From an uncultured Chloroflexia bacterium (GTDB lineage Bacteria > Chloroflexota > Limnocylindria > Limnocylindrales > CSP1-4), in the NCBI GenBank assembly GCA_963763775.1, contig CAVXPZ010000004.1:224001-288000 (forward strand): a DNA stretch of 64,000 nucleotides, given 5' to 3'. The notes beneath the pieces were generated by a model, which was not told the origin of the DNA, made no database searches, and worked only from the letters and a program-made list of their open reading frames with translations. Position 1 is the first letter of the stretch. Each line of letters starts with the position of its first letter. The translations under genes and the position numbers were made by a program. Shown in pieces: positions 52,231-60,391 of this stretch.

Positions 52231-52511
52231 CGAACGCGGCTGCGGGGGGCGGGCGTGCGCCTGCAGCATCGGCCTTCCTCGCCGAACGGTACTGGCCCGG
52301 CGTCACCGTACCGGCGGCCGCCGCGGCCACCGCGCGGCTCGCCGGGCCCGCGGCCAGGGTCATCGAGACCATCGTTGCGACGGGCGACGAGGTCTGCCTC
52401 TGGGTCGTCGAGGCCTCATCCGAAGACGCGGTCGACGCGGCCTTCCGGGCGGCGGACATCCCGCTCCACCGGATCAGTCCGGCCGTGCGCATCGATGGCA
52501 GCCGTCGCTGA
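52227..52511 (+). CDS. Small DUF4242/SCO4226-like protein
   Basis: FLAERYWPG...DEVCLWVVEASSEDAV...IPLHRI; GTGA overlap with upstream gene. Confidence 0.6.
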   Translation: MTNAAAGGGRAPAASAFLAERYWPGVTVPAAAAATARLAGPAARVIETIVATGDEVCLWVVEASSEDAVDAAFRAADIPLHRISPAVRIDGSRR

Positions 52512-52537
52512 TCGCTGACCGCGCCGCGACCCGATCC

Positions 52538-52720
52538 CTGCCAGATGCCAACCAGGCGGGCATCGGTCAGGACGATCGGACTGACGGATCGCCCGGTCAC
52601 GGCCGAGGATCAGCCCGCTGATGCGAAACCGTGCGGGGTCGCGCATCACCGGACGGCGTATGCCCTCGACCAGCCGGTCGTCGGCCACTGACGATGGCTC
52701 TCCTGAGTGGCATCTGGCAG
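52538..52720. repeat. Segment bounded by perfect 13-bp inverted repeats
   Basis: CTGCCAGATGCCA (52538-52550) and TGGCATCTGGCAG (52708-52720). Confidence 0.55.
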
Positions 52721-52790
52721 AAACGCCGCCGGGGCGCCCCGACAGCCACGCCCCGACGGCCACCGAGCACCCCCGCCGTCACCACGATAC

Positions 52791-52804
52791 CGAACAGATG
52801 TACG
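52791..52804. promoter_or_regulatory. LexA (Cheo-type) box-like site
   Basis: CGAAC-AGAT-GTACG, one mismatch to CGAAC-N4-GTTCG, overlapping TACGAT at 52801. Confidence 0.45.
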
Positions 52805-52814
52805 ATATCAACCC

Positions 52815-52932
52815 TGTGCACGACCCGTGGACAAGCCACTCCCCGCCGGTGGACAACCCCACCACGCGACCGTGGACGATCCGCCCGGAACGGTGGACGA
52901 ACCGGCCCTGAGCGTGGGCTGAGCGTGGATGA
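52815..52932. repeat. Phased array of DnaA-box-like 9-mers
   Basis: TGTGCACGA 52815, CGTGGACAA 52826, GGTGGACAA 52848, CGTGGACGA 52871, GGTGGACGA 52892, CGTGGGCTG 52913, CGTGGATGA 52924. Confidence 0.55.
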
Positions 52933-52949
52933 GCACGAAACGCTCGAAA

Positions 52950-52998
52950 CCACCACATCTAGCGGCTGGCCACCCGAACGTACCACTACATCTTGTGT
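52950..52998. promoter_or_regulatory. Tandem NrdR boxes
   Basis: CCACCACATCTAGCGG (52950-52965) and CCACTACATCTTGTGT (52983-52998), 33 bp apart, resembling acaCwAtATaTwGtgt, upstream of an RNR gene. Confidence 0.8.
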
Positions 52999-53006
52999 TT
53001 TCGGGC

Positions 53007-53035
53007 TTGACTGTGCGACCCGACCAGCGTAACGT
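53007..53035 (+). promoter_or_regulatory. Sigma70-type promoter of nrdJ
   Basis: TTGACT-17 bp-TAACGT. Confidence 0.7.
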
Positions 53036-53199
53036 TCTTGGGGTCGCCTGATCACACCGAGACGCCCACACTCGCTCCCGCCGGCCCCACTCGCCGGTCC
53101 GGAGTGGCCCCCAGGATCACCTCGGCTACCACGACGACAAGCGAAACGCGGCAGCTACACGAGCCGACCGCGGATGGACGGACGGAGGAGAGAGCAACG

Positions 53200-56100
53200 A
53201 TGGCGCGAGGCAACGGCAGCACGGTCCCGGTCATGGCCCAGGCAAGCGGCGAAGCGGCGGCGACACAGACGCCCGCCAAGACCCCCAAGACCAAGACCGT
53301 CGGCCGTCATGCCGGCCCGTGGGGCGCCTCCTTCGACGGCACCGAGCCGGACGGCAAGACCGCCGTCAAGGGCCTGACCTTCGAGCGCCGCTGGACCCGC
53401 CCGGGCATCCATCCCTACGACGAGATCACCTGGGAGTACCGGACCGCCGGCATCGCCAACGAGACCGGCAAGTCCGTCTTCGAGCAGAAGGACGTCGAGG
53501 TCCCCGACTTCTGGTCGCAGCTCGCCGTCAACGTCGTCGTCAGCAAGTACTTCCGCGGCCACCTCGGCACGCCGGAGCGCGAGACCAGCGTCCGCCAGCT
53601 CATCGACCGCGTCGTCAACACCATCGCGGGCTGGGCCGAGACCCAGCACTACTTCGCGACGGACGAGGACCTCAAGGCGTTCCAGGCGGAGCTCACCCAC
53701 CTGATCGTCCACCAGAAGATGGCGTTCAACTCGCCGGTCTGGTTCAACGTCGGCATCGAGGCCCAGCCGCAGTGCTCGGCCTGCTTCATCAACTCGGTCC
53801 AGGACACGATGTCCTCGATCATGGACCTCGCCAAGACCGAGGCGATGCTCTTCAAGTTCGGCTCCGGCGCGGGCAGCAACCTGTCCCCGATCCGCTCGAG
53901 CCACGAGAAGATGGCCGGCGGCGGCACCGCCTCGGGCCCCGTCTCCTTCATGAAGGGCTACGACGCGTTCGCGGGCGTCGTGAAGTCGGGCGGCAAGACC
54001 CGGCGCGCGGCGAAGATGGTCATCCTCGACGCCGATCATCCGGACGTCCTCGAGTTCATCGATTCGAAGGCGCACGAGGAGCAGAAGGCCTGGGCCCTCA
54101 TCGAGGCCGGCTACGACCCCTCGTTCACCGGTGAGGCCTACGGCAGCGTCTTCTTCCAGAACGCGAACCACAGCGTCCGCGTGACCGACGACTTCATGAA
54201 CGCGGTCGTCGAGGACAAGGACTGGACCACGCACGCGGTCGTCGGCGGCGAGCCGATGGACACGTACAAGGCCCGCGACATCTTCCGCAAGATGGCCGAC
54301 GCGGCCTGGATCTGCGGCGACCCGGGCATCCAGTACGACACCACCATCAACGACTGGCACACCTCGGCCAACACGGACCGCATCTACGCGAGCAACCCGT
54401 GCTCCGAGTACATGTTCCTCAACGACACCGCGTGCAACCTCGCGTCGCTGAACCTCATGAAGTTCGTGAACGCGGACGGCGAGTTCGACCCCGAGGCGTA
54501 TCGCTACGCGGCCAAGCTGACGCTGACGGCGCAGGAGATCCTCGTCGACAACGCGAGCTATCCCACGCCGCGCATCGAGGAGAACAGCCACAAGTTCCGC
54601 CCGCTCGGGCTGGGGTACGCCAACCTCGGCGCCCTGCTCATGAGCCGCGGCCTGGCCTACGACTCGGACGAGGGCCGCAACTTCGCCGCCACGCTGACCG
54701 CGATCATGCACGGCGAGGCGTACAAGCAGTCCGCGATCATCGCCCGCGACCACGGCGGCCCGTTCGTGTCCTACAAGGAGAACGAGGCGCCGTTCCTGCG
54801 GGTCATCAAGAAGCACCGCACGGCCGCCTACCAGATCCCGACCAACGGCGTGCCCAAGGACCTGCTCCGCCACGCCACCGAGGTCTACGACCAGGCGCTC
54901 CAGCTCGGCGAGCAGTACGGCTACCGCAACGCGCAGGTCACCGTGCTCGCGCCCACGGGCACCATCGCCTTCATGATGGATTGCGATACGACCGGCGTGG
55001 AGCCGGACATCGCGCTCATCAAGTACAAGAAGCTCGTCGGCGAGGGCTACCTCAAGATCGTCAACCAGACCGTCCCCGCGGCCCTGCGCAAGCTCGGCTA
55101 CGGCGCCGAGGAGGTCGACGAGATCCTCGCCTACCTGACCGAGCGCGAGACCATCGAGGGCGCGCCGCACATCAAGCCCCAGCACCTGCCGGTCTTCGAC
55201 TGCGCGTTCAAGCCGGCCAACGGCGAGCGGTCCATCCACTACATGGGCCACGTCCGGATGATGGGCGCGATCCAGCCGTTCATCAGCGGCGCGATCAGCA
55301 AGACCGTGAACATGCCCGAGGCCGCCACGGCCGAGGAGATCGAGAAGGTCTACCTCGAGGGCTGGAAGCTCGGCCTCAAGGCGATCGCGGTCTACCGCGA
55401 CAACTCCAAGCGCAGCCAGCCGCTCTCGACCAAGAAGCTCGAGGGCGACGCCAGCGTCTCGACGGCGGCCGTCAGCGAGGAGCTCGAGAAGCTCCAGAAG
55501 CAGCTCGCGCGAGCCCAGGCCGAGGCGGCCCTGCCGCATCGACGCCGGCTCCCGTCCGAGCGGACCGCGGTCACCCACAAGTTCGAGATCTCCGGCCACG
55601 AGGGCTACATCACCGTCGGCCTCTACCCGGACGGCCAGCCCGGCGAGATCTTCCTCAAGATGGCCAAGGAAGGGTCCACGGTCAGCGGCCTCATGGACTC
55701 GTTCGCGACGACCGTCTCGGTGGCGCTCCAGTACGGCGTGCCGCTCAAGGACCTCGTGAACAAGTTCGCGCACGTCCGCTTCGAGCCGATCGGGCTTCAC
55801 CGGCAACCAGGAGATCCCGATCGCGAAGTCGATCGTGGACTACATCTTCCGCTGGCTCGGGTCGCGGTTCCTGACGGACGACGACAAGGCCAACCTCGGA
55901 CTCATCGACCGGTCCGCGGTCGTGGACGACGTGCCGGCCAACCCGCTCGCGGCGGGCATCGCGGCCTTCACCTCGTCGGCCCCGGCTGACGCGGTCGCCG
56001 AGACTCCGGCGCCGCCGGCACCCGCCACCGAGGCCAAGAGCGACGAGACCGATACCCCGAAGGCGACCGCCGTCGCGGCCGCACCCGAGGTCGCGGAGCC

Positions 56101-56343
56101 AGCGCCCAAGGCCGAGCTCGCGGTCGTCGCGACCAACGGCCACACGAATGGGCACGCCGCCAACGGCAACGGGAACGGCCACGGCGCCGCCGCGCCGATC
56201 ACCCTGAACCTGGGCGGCCAGAAGGTCAGCTTCCAGACCCAGGCCGACGCCCCCAGCTGCGCCGACTGCGGCTCGATCATGGTCCGCAACGGCAGTCGTG
56301 CTACAAGTGCCTCAACTGCGGGAGCACTTCGGGTTGTAGCTGA
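53200..56343 (+). CDS. nrdJ: Vitamin B12-dependent (class II) ribonucleotide reductase with TSCPD domain and C-terminal zinc ribbon (frameshifts near 55790 and 56298)
   Basis: FNSPVWFN, QCSACF, GGKTRRAAKM, SNPCSEY, ACNLASLN, RPLGLG, APTGTI, GAISKTVNMP, RRRLP; CADCG...CLNCGSTSGCS. Confidence 0.93.
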
Positions 56344-56362
56344 GGTCCATCTCGACGGACGT

Positions 56363-56393
56363 GAAAGCCCAGCCGGATCGGCTGGGCTTTCTT
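56363..56393 (+). terminator. Intrinsic terminator after nrdJ (possibly bidirectional)
   Basis: GAAAGCCCAGCCG-GAT-CGGCTGGGCTTTCTT. Confidence 0.8.
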
Positions 56394-56427
56394 CGTGGGG
56401 TCAGCTCGGGCGCGAGGCCCGACGTGA

Positions 56428-57009
56428 CTAGCGATCGACCTTGGCGCAGTCCGCGACGCCGGCCGCGATCGCGTCGTTGAGCAGCGCGGCCTGCGTCTGG
56501 ACGCCCTTCGCGTAGTCGGCCGCGAAGGTCGCGGTGTCGCCGCTGTTCGCGGCCGTGATCTGCTCGGCGTTCAGGTCGACGTGCCGCTGGATGTCGGCCA
56601 CGAGTGACGACCAGGCCGACTGTGCCGATGGCGGCGCGCCGAGCGCCTGCATCTCGCTCAGCCAGGTGCGGAACGTCTGGTCGGTCTTCATCAGGAATGC
56701 CGCGACGGCGGCGAACTTCGATGCGTCCGGTTTCGTCGGGTTGAAGCTCGGGACCGGGAAGGACCCCTCGGCGTCCTTGAGCTCCCGGGCATGGGCGCAT
56801 GCCGCGAGCGCCTTGGTCGCGAAGTCGCTGCCGACCGCTGGGGAGCCACCCGGCGAAGCCGCGCTCCCCGAGCAACCGGCGACCGCGATGGCACCGAGTG
56901 CGGCGATGGCGAAGGCCGTGCGGACGCGACCGAGACCGCGAGACGACCGGATGGGCCGGTCGCCGACTCGTGGCGAACGGATCGACGGAGCTGGCGGGTC
57001 GTCGGACAT
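56428..57009 (-). CDS. Hypothetical lipoprotein
   Basis: VAGC lipobox; helical domain with two further Cys. Confidence 0.65.
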   Translation of the reverse strand: MSDDPPAPSIRSPRVGDRPIRSSRGLGRVRTAFAIAALGAIAVAGCSGSAASPGGSPAVGSDFATKALAACAHARELKDAEGSFPVPSFNPTKPDASKFAAVAAFLMKTDQTFRTWLSEMQALGAPPSAQSAWSSLVADIQRHVDLNAEQITAANSGDTATFAADYAKGVQTQAALLNDAIAAGVADCAKVDR

Positions 57010-57099
57010 GCCCGCAGGGTATCGAGCCGCCGTCACGACACCGTCGCGGACGTGGATGCGCTCAGGCGGCGCCGCGGGACACAGCCGTCTCGGCTCGCC

Positions 57100-57387
57100 T
57101 CAGGCGGCGGTCGCCTGCATGCGGTTGCGGCCCGAGAAGCCGCCGCCGGCCCACGTGAACAGGTCCATCGCCACGGCGATCGCCAGCCACACGAAGTCCA
57201 GGCCGGTGGCGCCGCCGGGGAACACGATCGTGTACATCAGCGTGGTCCACGGCAGGAACAGGAAGCCCAGGAACGGCCCGATGAACGTGCCGAACGTGGC
57301 GCCCCAGCGGGCCGGCTCCAGGAGCCACCAAAGGACGATCGCGGCCCTCGGCCCGAACAGGAACAGCGTCGAGATGAGACAGCACAT
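57100..57387 (-). CDS. Small integral membrane protein
   Basis: MCCL...GPR...LGFLFLPWTTLMY; three hydrophobic segments; GGAGG RBS. Confidence 0.7.
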   Translation of the reverse strand: MCCLISTLFLFGPRAAIVLWWLLEPARWGATFGTFIGPFLGFLFLPWTTLMYTIVFPGGATGLDFVWLAIAVAMDLFTWAGGGFSGRNRMQATAA

Positions 57388-57449
57388 CGAGGTGGGGGTC
57401 CTCCGGGTCGAACTGACGGTAGCCGTAGTGTAGGCGCCGTCCTCGTGGG

Positions 57450-58310
57450 CTACGGCTCGATCGTGATCGAGTCCAGCATCGTCTGGAGCTCGGCCTGGTC
57501 GGCCTCGGTGGTCCCCGCGTACGACGCGGCGTCGATGACGATCGGCGTGCCGTTCACGTCGACGACCCAGAGCCGGTGGAGTTCACCCGGCCCGAGGCCG
57601 GTCCGGACGTCACCGTTCGTGCCATCCCAGAGGAGGAGCTGGCCGGCGTCGCACTGGCTGAAGTCGAACCCGAGCAGGATCAGCGTCTCGAGGTATTGCG
57701 CCGGGTAGCCGGCGAAGGTGGTCGCCCGGGGTCGGATGGCGGCCGGCGCGAGCGGCGAGTTCGAGTAGGGCGGCATCCTCGGGTCCTGGCCCCACCAGTC
57801 GGCGAGGGCCTCTGCCTGGCCGGCCGCCGTCGCCATGAGCGCCGGATCGGCGACCACACCCGCCGCCCATCGGCACGGGAAGACCTGCACGTCCCGGAGG
57901 CTCCAGGCTCCGATGGACATCCCGGCCGGGGCCTCGCCGAGCCCCTTGACGTACATCCCGTCCGTGGCCTCCTGCCATCCGCCCGGCAGGGCCATCGAGA
58001 CCCGGAGCGGCAACTGGCCGTCCGGGACGAGCCGGACGGTGCCGGCCTCGGCGGGCATGGCGACGAAGGTGGGCAACGGCGTGGCGGACGGGTCGAGGCT
58101 CGGCGCGCCGGGGGTCGGCGATGGGCGTGGCGCGGGGGAGGGCTCGCTCGAGACAAGCCCGGAGGGCGCGGGCAGGACCGACGCCTCGAGGGCGAGCGAC
58201 GGCACGACCTCGCTCGACGTCGGCCCCTTCGTCAGCAGCGCGAACGCGACGAGGCCGACCCCCGCGAGGATCACCACGACCGGCCTCCAGCGACGGGGCC
58301 GGGCCGTCAC
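57450..58310 (-). CDS. Hypothetical membrane-anchored exported protein
   Basis: N-terminal TM, Pro/Ser linker, LPGGW...WVVDVNG...MLDSITIEP. Confidence 0.65.
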   Translation of the reverse strand: MTARPRRWRPVVVILAGVGLVAFALLTKGPTSSEVVPSLALEASVLPAPSGLVSSEPSPAPRPSPTPGAPSLDPSATPLPTFVAMPAEAGTVRLVPDGQLPLRVSMALPGGWQEATDGMYVKGLGEAPAGMSIGAWSLRDVQVFPCRWAAGVVADPALMATAAGQAEALADWWGQDPRMPPYSNSPLAPAAIRPRATTFAGYPAQYLETLILLGFDFSQCDAGQLLLWDGTNGDVRTGLGPGELHRLWVVDVNGTPIVIDAASYAGTTEADQAELQTMLDSITIEP

Positions 58311-58390
58311 GCCCTGGAACGCGGCGCCCGGTCGGCGGCGGCCCCTCGACCGGCTCTGGCGGATCCTGCTTCGTTGTCATCCGCCTCGCG

Positions 58391-58774
58391 CTACTTCGCG
58401 ATCTCCCAGATGTGGCCCGCCGGGTCGGCGAAGCAGGCGGTCCGGATGCCCCACGGGCGGTCGATCGGCCCGTTGATGAGCGTCACGCCGCGACGTGCCA
58501 GCTCGGCGCACATCGCATCGACGTCGTCGACGGCGAGCGTGAACTGGTACCGCGAACCGGCCTCGGGCGACGCGACGGTCGCCGGCGCGATGAGCTCGGG
58601 CGCCTCGCGTACGTCGAGCAGGTTGATCAGCGTGTCGCCGAACTTGAACACGGCCGAGTTCGGGTCCTCGTAGTACACGGGGAGGCCGAAGACCTCGAGG
58701 TAGAACCGCTTCGTCGCCGCCAGGTCCTCGGCGAACAACGTGATGGCGCTGATGCCGCCCGGCCACGAACCCAT
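58391..58774 (-). CDS. VOC/glyoxalase family protein
   Basis: ITLFAEDL...FYLEVFG, VDDVDA, PWGIRTACFADPAGHIWE. Confidence 0.88.
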   Translation of the reverse strand: MGSWPGGISAITLFAEDLAATKRFYLEVFGLPVYYEDPNSAVFKFGDTLINLLDVREAPELIAPATVASPEAGSRYQFTLAVDDVDAMCAELARRGVTLINGPIDRPWGIRTACFADPAGHIWEIAK

Positions 58775-59030
58775 GCTCGGTCCCCTTCCCCGTTCCGCGG
58801 CGCGCGCTCTGGGCGCGCTCGTCGAGCCATCGTAAGGGGGCACGAAGGATGCTGCCGCCATCGCCCGGCGCGACGGTCGACGGCTACGGCAGACTGACGC
58901 CATGACCGAAGTGGACGCGACCGCGGAGCCGTTCCCGCTGCGCGACCGCGGCCGGTCCGGACGCCAGCGCGGCCTGCGCCGCTTCGACGACCCGGCCGGC
59001 GCCTGACCCAAGTCACCAAGGAGGGCTTCG

Positions 59031-59384
59031 ATGCTTCGCGTCGGTTCGATCGTCATCCGCGTCGACGACCTCCCGCTCCAGCGGGCGTTCTGGACGGCGG
59101 CCCTCGGGTACGTGGCGCGCGACGGCGATGGCGACGACTTCGCCCTGCTCCACCCGCCCGACCGGAACGGGCCGAACGTGTCCCTCGACAAGGTCCGTTC
59201 CACGGTCCAGATCCCGCCGCGGATCCATCTCGACCTGTACGCCGAGGACCAGGCGGCCGAGGTCGCGCGGCTCATCGCGCTCGGCGCCACCGAAGTCCAT
59301 TGGGACAAGCGCCCGGCCGATGCCGACTACGTGATCCTCGCCGACCCCGAGGGCAACCGCTTCTGCGTGATCGACGCGAGCTAG
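59031..59384 (+). CDS. VOC/glyoxalase family protein
   Basis: AFWTAALG, RIHLDL, LADPEGNRFCV. Confidence 0.88.
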   Translation: MLRVGSIVIRVDDLPLQRAFWTAALGYVARDGDGDDFALLHPPDRNGPNVSLDKVRSTVQIPPRIHLDLYAEDQAAEVARLIALGATEVHWDKRPADADYVILADPEGNRFCVIDAS

Positions 59385-59448
59385 GTCGAGCTGGGCCGCC
59401 GCGCACGGGACGCGCGACACGAGCCGCGCGAGCCGCCAAGATACGGGC

Positions 59449-59724
59449 ATGACGACCGACGAGATGCCCTGCACGCACCTGGACCAGATCCACGAGGTGA
59501 CCCCGTCGGCCGAGGGCTGCGAGGACTGCCTCCGGATCGGCGGCCGGTGGGTCCATCTGCGGCTGTGCCTGACGTGCGGGCACGTCGGCTGCTGCGACTC
59601 GTCGCCGAACCGTCACGCCTCCAAGCACGCTCGGGAGGTCGGCCACCCGATCGTCCGCTCCTTCGAGCCGGGCGAGGACTGGGTGTGGTGCTTCGTCGAC
59701 GAAGTGGCCCTCGAGCTCGCCTGA
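59449..59724 (+). CDS. UBP-type zinc finger protein
   Basis: CTHL, CEDC, WVHLRLCLTCGHVGCCDSSPNRHASKH, WCFVD. Confidence 0.9.
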   Translation: MTTDEMPCTHLDQIHEVTPSAEGCEDCLRIGGRWVHLRLCLTCGHVGCCDSSPNRHASKHAREVGHPIVRSFEPGEDWVWCFVDEVALELA

Positions 59725-59764
59725 GCCCGCGGCGTCAGGCGGTCGTCGGAGACGACGCCGGCGG

Positions 59765-60211
59765 TCACGCGGCCGCCTCGATCGGGACCTGCTGCAGGCG
59801 CCAGTCGCGCTTGACCTCCTGGACCAGCCACGTGTTGCCGTCCGGGTCCTGGAACGTCGCGAACGTGGCGTAGCTGCGCCGCTCCGGGTCCACCCCGGCC
59901 TCCTGGCCCGCCTCGCCGTAGTGGAAGATCTCACTGACCGTCATGCCGCGCCCGACCAGCTCGGCGCGCGCCGCCTCGATGTCGCTGACGATCAGGTGCA
60001 GGCCCTGCAGCGAGCCCGGGGGCATCGTGCCGATCCCGACGCCGATGGCGATCGCGCAGGCCGATCCGGGCGGGACGAGCTGGACGACGCGGAACTCCGG
60101 TCCGTGGCTCGAGTCGACCAGCAGTTCGAAGCCGGCCTGCTCCATGTAGAAGGCCTTGGCGCGGTCGACGTCACTGACGGGGACGACGATGAGCTCGAGT
60201 GTCCAATCCAT
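59765..60211 (-). CDS. VOC/glyoxalase family protein
   Basis: MDWTLELIVVPVSDVDRAKAFY, VQLVPPGSAC, FQDPDGNTWLVQE. Confidence 0.9.
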   Translation of the reverse strand: MDWTLELIVVPVSDVDRAKAFYMEQAGFELLVDSSHGPEFRVVQLVPPGSACAIAIGVGIGTMPPGSLQGLHLIVSDIEAARAELVGRGMTVSEIFHYGEAGQEAGVDPERRSYATFATFQDPDGNTWLVQEVKRDWRLQQVPIEAAA

Positions 60212-60391
60212 GGGCCTGTGCCTCCAGTCCGGTGCGGCCGGGCGGCCGGACGGCCGATCTCCCGTGACGACACAGGGTGGCAGGACTCGGCGGACCCTGC
60301 CGTCGCGGGCCTCGACGGCGTGACCAGCTGGAATCATCGAGGCCCGCCAGTCGGGGACCGACCGGCGGGCCTGGAGCGCTCGGGAAGGTCC

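Noticed and set aside
52815-52932. oriC or CRISPR array
   Set aside because: No dnaA/dnaN, AT-rich unwinding element or perfect boxes; the repeats are only ~9 bp with short spacers and no cas genes
53036-53199. Cobalamin riboswitch before nrdJ
   Set aside because: No recognisable B12-box or core consensus
48516-55806. Very long antisense ORFs (e.g. 48516..51536, 53155..55806)
   Set aside because: Shadow ORFs of high-GC codon usage opposite well-supported genes, with no protein motifs
448-56343. About 20 frameshifts as pseudogenes or programmed frameshifts
   Set aside because: They hit unrelated genes, including nrdJ and add, with intact motifs on both sides, no in-frame stops and no shared slippery site; best explained as long-read indel errors
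58902-59006. 34-aa ORF MTEVDATAEPFPLRDR...
   Set aside because: No RBS or recognisable motif; cannot be supported
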